From contig JAMJFQ010000002.1 in the NCBI GenBank assembly GCA_023544605.1, positions 1-43,045 on the forward strand: a DNA stretch of 43,045 bases, in the 5' to 3' direction. The stretch's first letter is position 1. Each line of letters opens with the position of its first letter. The DNA is from ANME-2 cluster archaeon. Lineage in GTDB: Archaea; Halobacteriota; Methanosarcinia; Methanosarcinales; Methanocomedenaceae. Under the pieces are notes generated by a model. That model was not told where the DNA came from. It saw only the letters and a program-made list of their open reading frames with translations, and did no database searches. Position numbers and translations under genes: made by a program. Shown piece after piece: positions 7,966 through 18,021 of the stretch.

Positions 7966-8103
7966 GCGTAAAACCGGGAGATCGTAGGAATAATTAATAT
8001 ATTATCCTGCAAATATTAATCAAAGTATCTGCATTAAATATAAGTCTAATAAATACATGGTAGTGAAATTGTGGAATCATTTGGACCATTGATATCTAAC
8101 ATT

Positions 8104-8235
8104 ATGTTCGCCAAGTCTTTACTGGCTGCTTTTGGTATTGTATGGGTAGCGTTTTTAGTATATATCCTCAGACTTTTACAGACGAGGAAAAGTCTCAATA
8201 CCCAAATGGAATTGTTGAAAAACATTGAAATATAA
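8104..8235 (+). CDS. ccmD: CcmD-like small membrane protein (43 aa; may start at GTG 8071)
   Basis: Below the ORF-track cutoff, found by reading: MFAKSLLAAFGIVWVAFLVYILRLLQTRKSLNTQMELLKNIEI. One TM helix followed by a basic/amphipathic tail, as in CcmD. Sits immediately upstream of ccmE. Confidence 0.5.
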   Translation: MFAKSLLAAFGIVWVAFLVYILRLLQTRKSLNTQMELLKNIEI

Positions 8236-8255
8236 GATTGTCGGTATATTATACC

Positions 8256-8630
8256 ATGAGGAAAAAAGATAAGATAACAATTTCAGTTGTGGCTATTATC
8301 CTGGTTGTTATTGCCGGTATGTGGGGATTGGATTTCCAATCTGAATACCTTACCGTAAGCCAGGTGAAACTCAATACATCTGAATATATGGGACAGGCTG
8401 TTGAGATCACTGGTGATGTGAAACAGGGCACGCTGGAAATCGGTACCGAAGATACTTTTTTTATCCTTACTGACGGTGTTTCAGATATTGATGTATTCTA
8501 TAATGGTGAAAGACCATCATCACTTGCCGAAGGTGCCAAAGTATCTGTCAGGGGAATATTAGTATCCGCAGACAGAGTGGATGCCAATTTCCTGGTTATG
8601 GGTTGCCCCTCCAAATACGGATTAGATTAA
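8256..8630 (+). CDS. ccmE: cytochrome c maturation heme chaperone CcmE, variant CXXXY type
   Basis: N-terminal TM anchor, OB-fold-like core (VEITGDVKQGT...FFILTDG..DIDVFYNGERP..LAEGAKVSVRG) and C-terminal GCPSKY in place of the bacterial HxxxY. ATG at 8256; TTG at 8238 is also possible. Confidence 0.75.
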   Translation: MRKKDKITISVVAIILVVIAGMWGLDFQSEYLTVSQVKLNTSEYMGQAVEITGDVKQGTLEIGTEDTFFILTDGVSDIDVFYNGERPSSLAEGAKVSVRGILVSADRVDANFLVMGCPSKYGLD

Positions 8631-8660
8631 CCAATGTGTATCAAGGGGATATAGGGAACA

Positions 8661-9848
8661 ATGAGAGTCTATGATAAATCGTACATTAAACTAAATGCTG
8701 TGACCGAGAACGATAAGGTACAGATCGTACCTGAAGGTACCCTCTCTCCGGTAGCAAAACCTATTATCAACCGCATTAACAAGATGTTCCTTGAAGAGAA
8801 ACCCATCTTAGTGGATGACGATACTATCATATTCTCATCATGGGCGCCCCCGGTACCCAGCCCTGCTTTCAACCGCCTTATTTCAGCGCAGGTGGCGGCC
8901 GTGCTGAAAAAACGTGTGCCTGACCAATCATCTATCGGCATCACCATGCGGTGTCCCAATAAGTGCATCCATTGCGGAGCCGCCGATATCATAGCTGACC
9001 CGGAACTCTCGCTGGATGAGGTCAACAGGGCAGTGGACGAGTCCATCGACCTTGGTTCGTATCTCATATCCTTTGACGGCGGCGAGCCCATGCTCAGGCA
9101 GGACCTGCCCGATATGGTGAGTCACGTGGACAAGACAAAGGCCATTGCTGCTACATTTACTTCAGGGTATGGACTTACGCCCCAAAAGGCAGAAGAACTG
9201 AAAAATGCCGGACTGTATGCGGTGAGGGTAAGTATCGACAGTCCCCGCCAGGACGAGCACGACCGGGTGCGGGGCCGGGCCGGCTCATACGAGGACGCCA
9301 TGAACGGTATCAACAATGCCATTAATGCGGGTCTGCTTACCGATATGTTCGTGGTGGTCTCACCGAATAATATCGATGAACTGGAAGATTTCTATACACT
9401 GGCCGAATCCAAGGGCATGCATGAGATATCATTCTACGAGATCATAGCTGTGGGACGCTGGCTGGACCATGAAGATGAGACCATTGGTCCCAATGATGTG
9501 GACAGGCTGGGCACGTTCCAGAAGGAGAAGAACCGGCTCAGGGACGGCCCAAGGGTCACTGCATTTCCCTTTTTTATGGGACCTGATATGTTCGGTTGCT
9601 TTGCAGGCCGCAGGTGGGTGCACATAACCTCGGCAGGGGATGTGCTGCCATGTGCCTATACACCGCTTTCCTTTGGCAATATACGGGAAGAGCCATTACA
9701 GGAGATCTGGACACGAATGGGGAAGACCAAAGCCTTTAAGAAAGGCGCTTCATCATGCATGATGCGCGACCCCTCGTTCAGGGCAGAATATATCCACACT
9801 ATTCCCGAAGATGCTCCCATGCCTTTTAGTATGTATGCACGAGTATAG
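8661..9848 (+). CDS. radical SAM protein with a SPASM/twitch-like C-terminal Cys-rich domain
   Basis: CPNKCIHC (CxxxCxxC) at ~residue 98, GGEPML, and C-terminal Cys residues (CFAG...PCAY...SSC). ~95-aa N-terminal extension. Confidence 0.8.
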   Translation: MRVYDKSYIKLNAVTENDKVQIVPEGTLSPVAKPIINRINKMFLEEKPILVDDDTIIFSSWAPPVPSPAFNRLISAQVAAVLKKRVPDQSSIGITMRCPNKCIHCGAADIIADPELSLDEVNRAVDESIDLGSYLISFDGGEPMLRQDLPDMVSHVDKTKAIAATFTSGYGLTPQKAEELKNAGLYAVRVSIDSPRQDEHDRVRGRAGSYEDAMNGINNAINAGLLTDMFVVVSPNNIDELEDFYTLAESKGMHEISFYEIIAVGRWLDHEDETIGPNDVDRLGTFQKEKNRLRDGPRVTAFPFFMGPDMFGCFAGRRWVHITSAGDVLPCAYTPLSFGNIREEPLQEIWTRMGKTKAFKKGASSCMMRDPSFRAEYIHTIPEDAPMPFSMYARV

Positions 9849-9854
9849 TCGTTT

Positions 9855-10244
9855 ATGAGAACAAAAATAATAATTATCTTATTGCTCAGCATATCAGTAC
9901 TGGGCTGTCTATCTGTTTTTACGGAAGATATTGAATACACGAACGTCGAGGTCGACGAAGCAAAGATAATGGTCGACAGCGGCGAATATTTCTTGCTGGA
10001 CGTGCGCACCCAGGAAGAATATGATGCCGGTCATATTGAGGGGGCCGTATTGATACCGTATGATGAACTACCTGACAGGTTAGATGAAGTCCCGAACGAC
10101 CTGCCCATACTGGTGTACTGCCGTACTGCCAGGCGCAGTGCGATAGCCAGCACAACACTGACAGATAATGGATATCCGGATGTGTATAACATGTTGGGCG
10201 GGATAGTGGACTGGGAAAAGAAAGGATACCCTATCGAAAAGTAG
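9855..10244 (+). CDS. secreted/lipid-anchored rhodanese-domain protein
   Basis: N-terminal signal-like segment ending in LGC (lipobox-like). Rhodanese active-site loop VYCRTARRS. Confidence 0.8.
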   Translation: MRTKIIIILLLSISVLGCLSVFTEDIEYTNVEVDEAKIMVDSGEYFLLDVRTQEEYDAGHIEGAVLIPYDELPDRLDEVPNDLPILVYCRTARRSAIASTTLTDNGYPDVYNMLGGIVDWEKKGYPIEK

Positions 10245-10268
10245 CAGGTGCTTTTTCACGGCATTTTT

Positions 10269-11567
<1,299 letters not shown>

Positions 11568-11821
11568 TTATTATTAATCGTGAGAAATTGGCTTGGCAGT
11601 CAATTACAGTCTGGATGTGAGCAGGTCATTGGTGAGAGTTCGGGGAATAACCTGAATGACCTGTTCACTTTACCTTTTATAGACTCTGCTCTCTTGTTTT
11701 CAATCACGTTCAGCTGTGGTTTACCCGGGTAACATGAATCCACACGGCTGGCTGCCACCCTGCCGCCCTGAAGGGCTGCGGTGGCAGGGTCAGGTAGGCA
11801 AAGGGGTGTTATTGTACTGCA

Positions 11822-11976
11822 TCAATAGACTGGACGATAAAAGAAAGTGTCAGGGCTAAATTAAAAGTACTTGTAAAACGGACATTGAGACACTATGGCT
11901 ATCCACCGGATATGCAGGCACTTGCTACAGAAACAGTGCTTAAGCAGGCGGAATTGATTGCAGATGAAATTACAAA
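11822..11976 (+). pseudogene. hsdR: remnant of the C-terminus of a type I restriction enzyme R subunit (HsdR)
   Basis: Translation reads [52 protein letters not shown]. This matches the conserved HsdR C-terminal tail (W..RESVRAKLR..VKR.L.KYGYPPD...A...VL.QAE). No upstream HsdR sequence is present, and the frame runs into the tRNA-Thr 3' end. Confidence 0.6.
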
Positions 11977-12050
11977 AGCCGCCGGTGGGAATTGAACCCA
12001 CGACCTATTGATTACGAATCAATCGCTCTGCCAGGCTAAGCCACGGCGGC
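11977..12050 (-). tRNA. tRNA-Thr (anticodon CGU)
   Basis: 74-nt cloverleaf: GCCGCCG-TG-GCTT-AGCCTGGCA-GAGC-G-ATTGA-TTCGTAA-TCAAT-AGGTC-GTGGG-TTCAATT-CCCAC-CGGCGGC-T. No intron, no encoded CCA. Confidence 0.9.
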
Positions 12051-12106
12051 AGTATGCACAGTGCCTGAGGCCATTAGTACACCAGTATCAAATATCTAAT
12101 TATCGC

Positions 12107-14611
12107 CTACGTACCCTTACGGCGCCGCAACTCCACATCCCCGACCGAAGCCACAAATCGTGCCTCCAGTCCCAGAGCGGCAAAATCCTCTGGCGTGAAC
12201 ATGTCCTTCAAGTCCCCGGTATCCACCCGTTCACCCTTTTTGAGATGGTTATTCACAGCACCCAGGTAAAACCTGTCACTACTGCGCGCCATTGTATTCA
12301 ATACTGTGAGCACCTTCGACTTCCCGGCTACCTGCGCACCGGTCTGGAAACCGTGCTTGTGTGCCGTCTTGGATAGTGGCCTTTTTCGACTTAATTGTTC
12401 TAATTGCTGTACATGCTGTGACTGTTGTATCGTAATACCTGAATCAGTTCCGTTTGTGGATGCAGGTATAGTGGCGGTTTTATGATCCTTCATCCAATCA
12501 GCTATCAACTGCCCCGTCTCCCCGCCGCTGCACACCTTCATCTCCGTATCCATCCATTCGGGCAGGTACTCCCGCACCCCTATCCCGCCCCGGTCCGCGA
12601 ACCGGGAATCGCACAGCACCAGCACCCCCTCCTCCTCAGCAGAACGGTGCACCCTGCCCAGTGCCTGCAGTGCCTTGTTCATTGCCGGCAGGGTGTAGGC
12701 GATGAACAGCCCCTGCTTGGTACCGTACTTGTTCCTGTAATAATCGTTCACGCTCTTTTGCACTTCGGTATACGCTGTCAGCGGCAGTCCCACCACGATC
12801 GAACCCTTCAAAGCCTCGCCCCGGTAATCGATACCCTCGCTCATCTTGCCCCCCGCCACTGCAAGCAGCACGCCGGGTTTTGTAGCACTCTTTTGCCCTG
12901 CCTGGAAGAACTCTGAGAGTACACGGGGCACGTCCCTGGATTCCCTGGGCTCCTGGTAGATGCGCTTGCCAGCGGATGTGGCCGCTTCTTCACAAAAGTC
13001 CAGGTACCCGTCCAGCATACTGTATGATGTGAAATACACGACCACGTTGCCGGGTACGCCCCTGATGAATGATTCGAGGTGCTGCTGTATCTCAGCCACA
13101 TTATCGGGATCGCTGCGCTGGGAACTCTGGCTGGTGGCCCTGCCGGCCGTCAGGACCAGCCGGTTCCCGGGCGGGAACTGGTTGGGCAGGGTCAGGATAG
13201 TGGCCCTGCCGTTCTTGCCAAAGTAATATAACTCGTATGCATCAGGGGGAGAGAGGGTTCCTGATAACATGATAGATGCATGGTGCGCGTCCATCACACT
13301 TCCTATCTGGAAACTGGGGTCGATGTTGCGTATCTCCAGCGTGGTGGAATGATACGTTTTCGCACCCACCTTGCGTTCGTCAGTATATTTCAGGGGGATA
13401 TATGCCTCGTCGTTCTTGGCAAAGTTCAGCATGAATAAGAATTCGCCCACATGCTGCAGATGTATCTCATGGGATTCGGATTCGGTCTCCTTTTGCCTGC
13501 CAATAACATCGGCCAGGTTCATCAATTCGCCCGCCATCCTGTCATCCTCCCGCACCAGGCTCTCACCGAAAACGAAATCAGCGAACATATGCGGATCGAA
13601 CCATTCCTCCGAAGACTGGCCTTTTTCAGCCGTCTTTTCCATGAACCTGAGTATTCGCGGCAGTATCTGGTCAGCCACTGCCAGGCTCTGGTTCAACCCT
13701 GCTTTCTTTGCCAGCCGGCGTGATGTTTCGACCTCGTTGATAGCCTTCTTGATCGAGAACTGGGGGAGTTTGTCGCTTATCACGGCCCGTACCGCATCGC
13801 CCAGGTTATGCGCTTCATCCAGCAGCAGGATGGTCTTATCAGGTTCCAGCCCCAGCCAGCTGTACATGGCTTCCCGGTACATATCATCGAACACATGGTT
13901 GTAGTTCAGGATGACCACATCTGCATTCTCTCCCGACACCCCCATCAGTTCATAAGGACACAGGTCGCCGCAGTGTTTTGCCAGTTCATCAGGGTAGATG
14001 ATATTGTCACCCATGGCGCGTACTGTTTGCAGTACCTTCCCTGATGAGCGAAACCTGACCCCCCCATCAAAGAAATACGCTTCCCTGGCCAGCAGATAGT
14101 GAGGGCAGCAGGAACGCTCGCCACTCCTCTCATCCATTATTGATCCAATCAGGGCATCATCCTTTGACGGGTCATAGACCGCATCGCTCCCCTTGCCTGA
14201 TGCCTGCATGTACTCCTGCATCCGGGATTGCAGAAGATGACGGGTCTTTATCTTCAGGATTTCACAGCCCCTGTAGACACTGTCCATCTCGTCTTGCAGC
14301 AGGCAGGTCTTGGCCTTGCCCACCAGGTATGCGACCTTCGGCCGCTTGTTGGTATTTTTGCGTATCTTCCGTATCTCGTCCAGGTATATGGATACCTGGC
14401 TCACAGTACGCACAGCCACCACGATACGATTATCTCCCCGCGATGCCAGGAGGGCCGATAGGATGCTGGTCTTGCCGCTGCCTGTGGGCGCATCCACCAT
14501 TAATACACTGTGACCGCCGGTGCGGGCCTCTTTGGCTGCCGCTTCCAGCATATCACGCTGATGGGGCCTGTATTCAGGGTAGGGGAACCAGCCATCGATC
14601 TCCTCATCCAA
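12107..14611 (-). CDS. XPD/Rad3-family (DinG-like) Fe-S DNA helicase with a C-terminal extension
   Basis: Walker A DAPTGSGKTS, DEAHNL box, Cys residues placed for a 4Fe-4S domain (KTC, GCE, SCCPHY, LCPYE) and late helicase motifs (LLAVAGGKMSEGIDY, QALGRVHR). 834 aa, with ~130 extra C-terminal residues. Confidence 0.85.
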   Translation of the reverse strand: MDEEIDGWFPYPEYRPHQRDMLEAAAKEARTGGHSVLMVDAPTGSGKTSILSALLASRGDNRIVVAVRTVSQVSIYLDEIRKIRKNTNKRPKVAYLVGKAKTCLLQDEMDSVYRGCEILKIKTRHLLQSRMQEYMQASGKGSDAVYDPSKDDALIGSIMDERSGERSCCPHYLLAREAYFFDGGVRFRSSGKVLQTVRAMGDNIIYPDELAKHCGDLCPYELMGVSGENADVVILNYNHVFDDMYREAMYSWLGLEPDKTILLLDEAHNLGDAVRAVISDKLPQFSIKKAINEVETSRRLAKKAGLNQSLAVADQILPRILRFMEKTAEKGQSSEEWFDPHMFADFVFGESLVREDDRMAGELMNLADVIGRQKETESESHEIHLQHVGEFLFMLNFAKNDEAYIPLKYTDERKVGAKTYHSTTLEIRNIDPSFQIGSVMDAHHASIMLSGTLSPPDAYELYYFGKNGRATILTLPNQFPPGNRLVLTAGRATSQSSQRSDPDNVAEIQQHLESFIRGVPGNVVVYFTSYSMLDGYLDFCEEAATSAGKRIYQEPRESRDVPRVLSEFFQAGQKSATKPGVLLAVAGGKMSEGIDYRGEALKGSIVVGLPLTAYTEVQKSVNDYYRNKYGTKQGLFIAYTLPAMNKALQALGRVHRSAEEEGVLVLCDSRFADRGGIGVREYLPEWMDTEMKVCSGGETGQLIADWMKDHKTATIPASTNGTDSGITIQQSQHVQQLEQLSRKRPLSKTAHKHGFQTGAQVAGKSKVLTVLNTMARSSDRFYLGAVNNHLKKGERVDTGDLKDMFTPEDFAALGLEARFVASVGDVELRRRKGT

Positions 14612-14614
14612 CTA

Positions 14615-15223
14615 TCAGCACATCCCCACGAAATTCTCGAGCATCTTCAGCCCCAGGTCCCCGCTCTTTTCAGGATGGAACTGGGTCCCCATCACATTGC
14701 CCCCTTTATTGACAACGGCAGCGGAGAAGTCTATCCCGTATTCGCAGGATGCAAGTACATATTCGGGGGCGCAGTCAGCATAGTAGGAATGCACGAAATA
14801 GACATATGTTTCCTGGGGTATGTCCTTGAAGAATCTGTGGGCGCCTCTAAAATTCAATGAGTTCCAGCCCATGTGGGGTACCTTGCCAACCCCTGCAGGA
14901 AAGCGGACCACTTTTCCAGGCACCAGGTCCAGGCCGTCGGTCAGGCCTCCTTCTTCGGACCGGCTCAGGAGCATCTGCATCCCGAGGCATATCCCGAGCA
15001 TGGGTTTGCCTGTGCCTGCCACCTCCAGCACTTCGGACTTGAGGGGGGCCAGATTCTGCATGGCATCCTGGAAGGCGCCTACACCGGGCAGTACCACGGC
15101 GTCGGCGCGGTGCATGGCTGCCGGGTCTGAGGATATGGTGACGTCGGCCCCTGCATGTTCCAGGCCGCGCGTGACGCTTCGTAAGTTGCCCAGGCCGTAA
15201 TCGATGATAACGATGTCTGTCAT
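14615..15223 (-). CDS. hisH: imidazole glycerol phosphate synthase, glutamine amidotransferase subunit
   Basis: IIDYGLGNLRSV, LPGVGAF, GICLGMQ (catalytic Cys), FVHSYY and GTQFHPEKS. Confidence 0.9.
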   Translation of the reverse strand: MTDIVIIDYGLGNLRSVTRGLEHAGADVTISSDPAAMHRADAVVLPGVGAFQDAMQNLAPLKSEVLEVAGTGKPMLGICLGMQMLLSRSEEGGLTDGLDLVPGKVVRFPAGVGKVPHMGWNSLNFRGAHRFFKDIPQETYVYFVHSYYADCAPEYVLASCEYGIDFSAAVVNKGGNVMGTQFHPEKSGDLGLKMLENFVGMC

Positions 15224-15273
15224 GGGTATATGATGGATTTGAGGATAAATAAATGTGAGGATGTTTTGTTATT

Positions 15274-15295
15274 TTGTATAATTTGGATTATACAA
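15274..15295. repeat. perfect 9-bp inverted repeat TTGTATAAT-ttgg-ATTATACAA
   Basis: Read directly from the sequence. Lies between the stop of the DUF2283-like gene (15301) and the hisH start (15223). Function unknown; a candidate operator or terminator element. Confidence 0.4.
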
Positions 15296-15300
15296 ATTGA

Positions 15301-15525
15301 TTACGCTTCTACAGCCTTCTGAACAGTTGGCATTTCAAGTTTCAGATCAGTCAGGTCTTCCATTTTAAATTTTTCTTTGACATTGAGTATCTCAATTCCC
15401 ACCAGTCCCCCGTCTGCATTGTAATCTACAATAAAGCCATCGCTGATTTCTTCGCTCTCTTTAATTGGCTCCTCGCTAATTCTAAAATAGAGAGCGTCAC
15501 TTTCCATATCCACTTTTATTCTCAT
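15301..15525 (-). CDS. DUF2283-like small protein (putative antitoxin partner)
   Basis: 74 aa with DALYFRISEEP...GGLVGIEILN, characteristic of DUF2283. ATGA overlap with the upstream gene. Confidence 0.7.
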   Translation of the reverse strand: MRIKVDMESDALYFRISEEPIKESEEISDGFIVDYNADGGLVGIEILNVKEKFKMEDLTDLKLEMPTVQKAVEA

Positions 15526-15761
15526 TTACGGCTCCTTAATCTTCTATCGTAAAATAATGTTATTACAGTATATGGCTCTTCCTTTTCTTTAATAACTACT
15601 CTTAAGACCTTGTTTTGAACCTTCTTAAAAGCATACCATATTTCTTCATCGATTTGTTCCTCCCAACCAGGATTCTCTATTACTGATATTATTTCATTTT
15701 TTGAGATTTTTCTCTCCACCAGCATATCTTCAGCATGCTTTGTAAACACAACCTCGACCAT
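15522..15761 (-). CDS. DUF4258-like small protein (putative toxin partner)
   Basis: VVFTKHAEDMLVERKIS..EI..VIENP...VLRVV...YTVITLFYD. ATG at 15761 preceded by GGAGAG; the ORF track extends to TTG at 15782. Confidence 0.65.
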   Translation of the reverse strand: MVEVVFTKHAEDMLVERKISKNEIISVIENPGWEEQIDEEIWYAFKKVQNKVLRVVIKEKEEPYTVITLFYDRRLRSRK

Positions 15762-15786
15762 CAAATGCTCTCTCCATTGCAAATAT

Positions 15787-16977
15787 TCATCTATTCCTGT
15801 CCCACAACGCCAGCGTCATCCTGGCCCTGCTGAGGTTGACCCGTGAGAACACATAATCCAGCACTTCATCTTTTACCTCCTCGATAGTAGCAGCATTGCT
15901 CACATACTGGTCGGTAATATCAGATGCCAGTTTCTCAACCTCAGCTTCACTCACTTCATGCACTTCCTCACGTACCACTTCCTGAAGGTATGCACATATC
16001 TGCTCGCTGAGCGCCAGGCTGGCATCTTCAATAAATGCCGGGTCCTTTTTCAGTTCAGCAAGTATCTCATCCAGGATGATATCACTGATACCCGAATTAT
16101 TCCCGGGCACCACATTATCGACCTGCTGGTTAAGGGCGGTCTGTGCCTTCTCAATGGTCTGCTCAATGGTCATCTCAACAATAATTTCCACCACTTCATC
16201 CAGAGTACGGTTCATGGCATCGTTGATATGCCCGGATATCCGCATTTCTGTCTGTTCTCTGGGTACCGCACTGGCATTCGCAAGGTCAAGACCAATAGCT
16301 TCCAGCTCCGCATCGATCAATTCCTCCACATAGTACCGGGTAAATTCGGTGTGGTACGGCATCGTTATCCAGGTGCTCTCAACATACGCTGACCCCGGAA
16401 CCTGCGGCCCCATATGGGTCTCTCCCCCAATAGGCACATCCCGGAAAGGCCACCACACCACAGAGACATTGTAATAATACCGATCTCCTATCTGAGAGTC
16501 CAGGTAATCCTGCATCTGTGCATCGATATTAGCCCGGTACTCATCCATCAGCAGGTTCAGCCTGACAGTACTGCCGCCGTGGTATATCGTGAACTGGGAC
16601 GCTACCGATTCGCTGGCAAGGTCGGCAAAGGTCTTATGTTTCAATTCCCGTCCCGCCACCAGTTCCTTACCAGCCTGGTAGATGCCTGAATCCACGGCCC
16701 TGGGGCCCAGGGTCTCGTTCACCAGGTAGTCCATCTGTGCTCCTCCAACTGCATAGGTAAATTCATCTACCCTGCCGTTTTGCAGGGACAGCAGTACCTG
16801 AGAATTATGTTCCCCCGCCAACGTGTCCTGCAGCACCGATACCTGGGTGTCCCCTACCATAGCCTGTGCCAGTATCACTGCACTGACCGATACCAGTACC
16901 AGGAAAAGCAAGGCATCGATGGAACTGGAAAAACCACTGGTATCACGCACAAAATCAGCCATGTCTACTTCTCCCAT
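15787..16977 (-). CDS. N-terminally anchored protein of unknown function (pilin-like leader), gene 4 of a 4-gene operon
   Basis: A short polar N-terminus (FVRDTSGFSSS) is followed by a ~22-residue hydrophobic helix (IDALLFLVLVSVSAVILAQAMV) and then a ~350-aa acidic domain. Overlaps the stop of the upstream gene; an alternative ATG lies at 16962. Confidence 0.6.
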   Translation of the reverse strand: MGEVDMADFVRDTSGFSSSIDALLFLVLVSVSAVILAQAMVGDTQVSVLQDTLAGEHNSQVLLSLQNGRVDEFTYAVGGAQMDYLVNETLGPRAVDSGIYQAGKELVAGRELKHKTFADLASESVASQFTIYHGGSTVRLNLLMDEYRANIDAQMQDYLDSQIGDRYYYNVSVVWWPFRDVPIGGETHMGPQVPGSAYVESTWITMPYHTEFTRYYVEELIDAELEAIGLDLANASAVPREQTEMRISGHINDAMNRTLDEVVEIIVEMTIEQTIEKAQTALNQQVDNVVPGNNSGISDIILDEILAELKKDPAFIEDASLALSEQICAYLQEVVREEVHEVSEAEVEKLASDITDQYVSNAATIEEVKDEVLDYVFSRVNLSRARMTLALWDRNR

Positions 16978-17456
16978 ATCTTGACCGTAAGGGCACCGGG
17001 CAGCTCATCGATCTCATTCAGCCTGATGGTCACGGGCACAGATGCCGATACCCCCATATCCCCGGCCGTTCCCACTACTTTACTGTATGAAGGGGGTGCT
17101 TCTACCTTGAATGAAAAATCATACCGCGTTCCATACCTGTCCTTCAGCCCCTGGATATCTGCAGGTGTCAGGGACTCGATCCGTGATGCATCCATCAGGT
17201 CAGGCCGATTGGGGGCCGTTAGCAGGGGGTCGTTCCTCAGCAGTCCTGCCAGGCTGGCTGCGTCACGGTAATGTTCGACAATATATGTTTTCTCATGATA
17301 CACCTGGTATGTATGGGCAACCAGGCTGATGAACAGAATAAATCCGACAACCGTTAGCGCCATGGCCAACATATCCGAGTTCGGCTCCACGATACCTCTC
17401 TCATCCCTGGTAAACAATCGTGACCCCCCTGCTTTCAACGCCCTCGGCCCCCTCAT
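16965..17456 (-). CDS. N-terminally anchored small protein (pilin-like leader), gene 3 of the operon
   Basis: RDERG-IVEPNSDMLAMALTVVGFILFISLVA, then a ~110-aa domain. Start uncertain (ATG 17456, TTG 17417 or GTG 17390); overlaps or abuts the upstream gene. Confidence 0.55.
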   Translation of the reverse strand: MRGPRALKAGGSRLFTRDERGIVEPNSDMLAMALTVVGFILFISLVAHTYQVYHEKTYIVEHYRDAASLAGLLRNDPLLTAPNRPDLMDASRIESLTPADIQGLKDRYGTRYDFSFKVEAPPSYSKVVGTAGDMGVSASVPVTIRLNEIDELPGALTVKIWEK

Positions 17457-18021
17457 AATACAATATCACTTTGTCCACCACCAGCGACTGCCTGGTATCA
17501 GGTATGAACGGTTGCTGTGCCAGTTCGGTTTCCATCTGCCCCAGCATCCCTTCAACAATTGCCATATCCGAAGCAACCAGCAGGTCGTCCCCTAATCCGG
17601 TCCGTCCCCCGCACCTGTGGGCTATTGCCTCCACCAGCCCTGACCTGTTGTTCCACAGGCTGTTGGCAGGGTATATCGTGGTCATCAATGCCTGAGCCCG
17701 TGTCACCTTGCTGTTCCCGGTGCCGGATTGTGCAGCCACATACCTGGTGGACATATGTAGGGAAACCTCAGGGCCCATCTCAAAAGAGTAATACCGTGCG
17801 CCCTCTATTGAACTGCCTCCAACCTCCTCCATGAACGAGGCGAGAGATAACAGGTCTGCATCCATCTCCCCGGCCGCATCCTGCAGGATGAACAGGGGCG
17901 GGACCTTGAGGGCAGCCAGCAGCAGTATGGCACTGAAGATGAGAAGCCCTGCCCTGGTGATCAGGTAATCGGACCATGCCCTTTCATCATTTTGTAATCC
18001 CACTGCTGTGCACTCCTTCAA
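17401..18021 (-). CDS. N-terminally anchored protein of unknown function, gene 2 of the operon
   Basis: NDERAWSDYLITRAGLLIFSAILLLAAL hydrophobic N-terminal helix. 4-nt overlap with the upstream gene. Confidence 0.6.
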   Translation of the reverse strand: MKECTAVGLQNDERAWSDYLITRAGLLIFSAILLLAALKVPPLFILQDAAGEMDADLLSLASFMEEVGGSSIEGARYYSFEMGPEVSLHMSTRYVAAQSGTGNSKVTRAQALMTTIYPANSLWNNRSGLVEAIAHRCGGRTGLGDDLLVASDMAIVEGMLGQMETELAQQPFIPDTRQSLVVDKVILYYEGAEGVESRGVTIVYQG

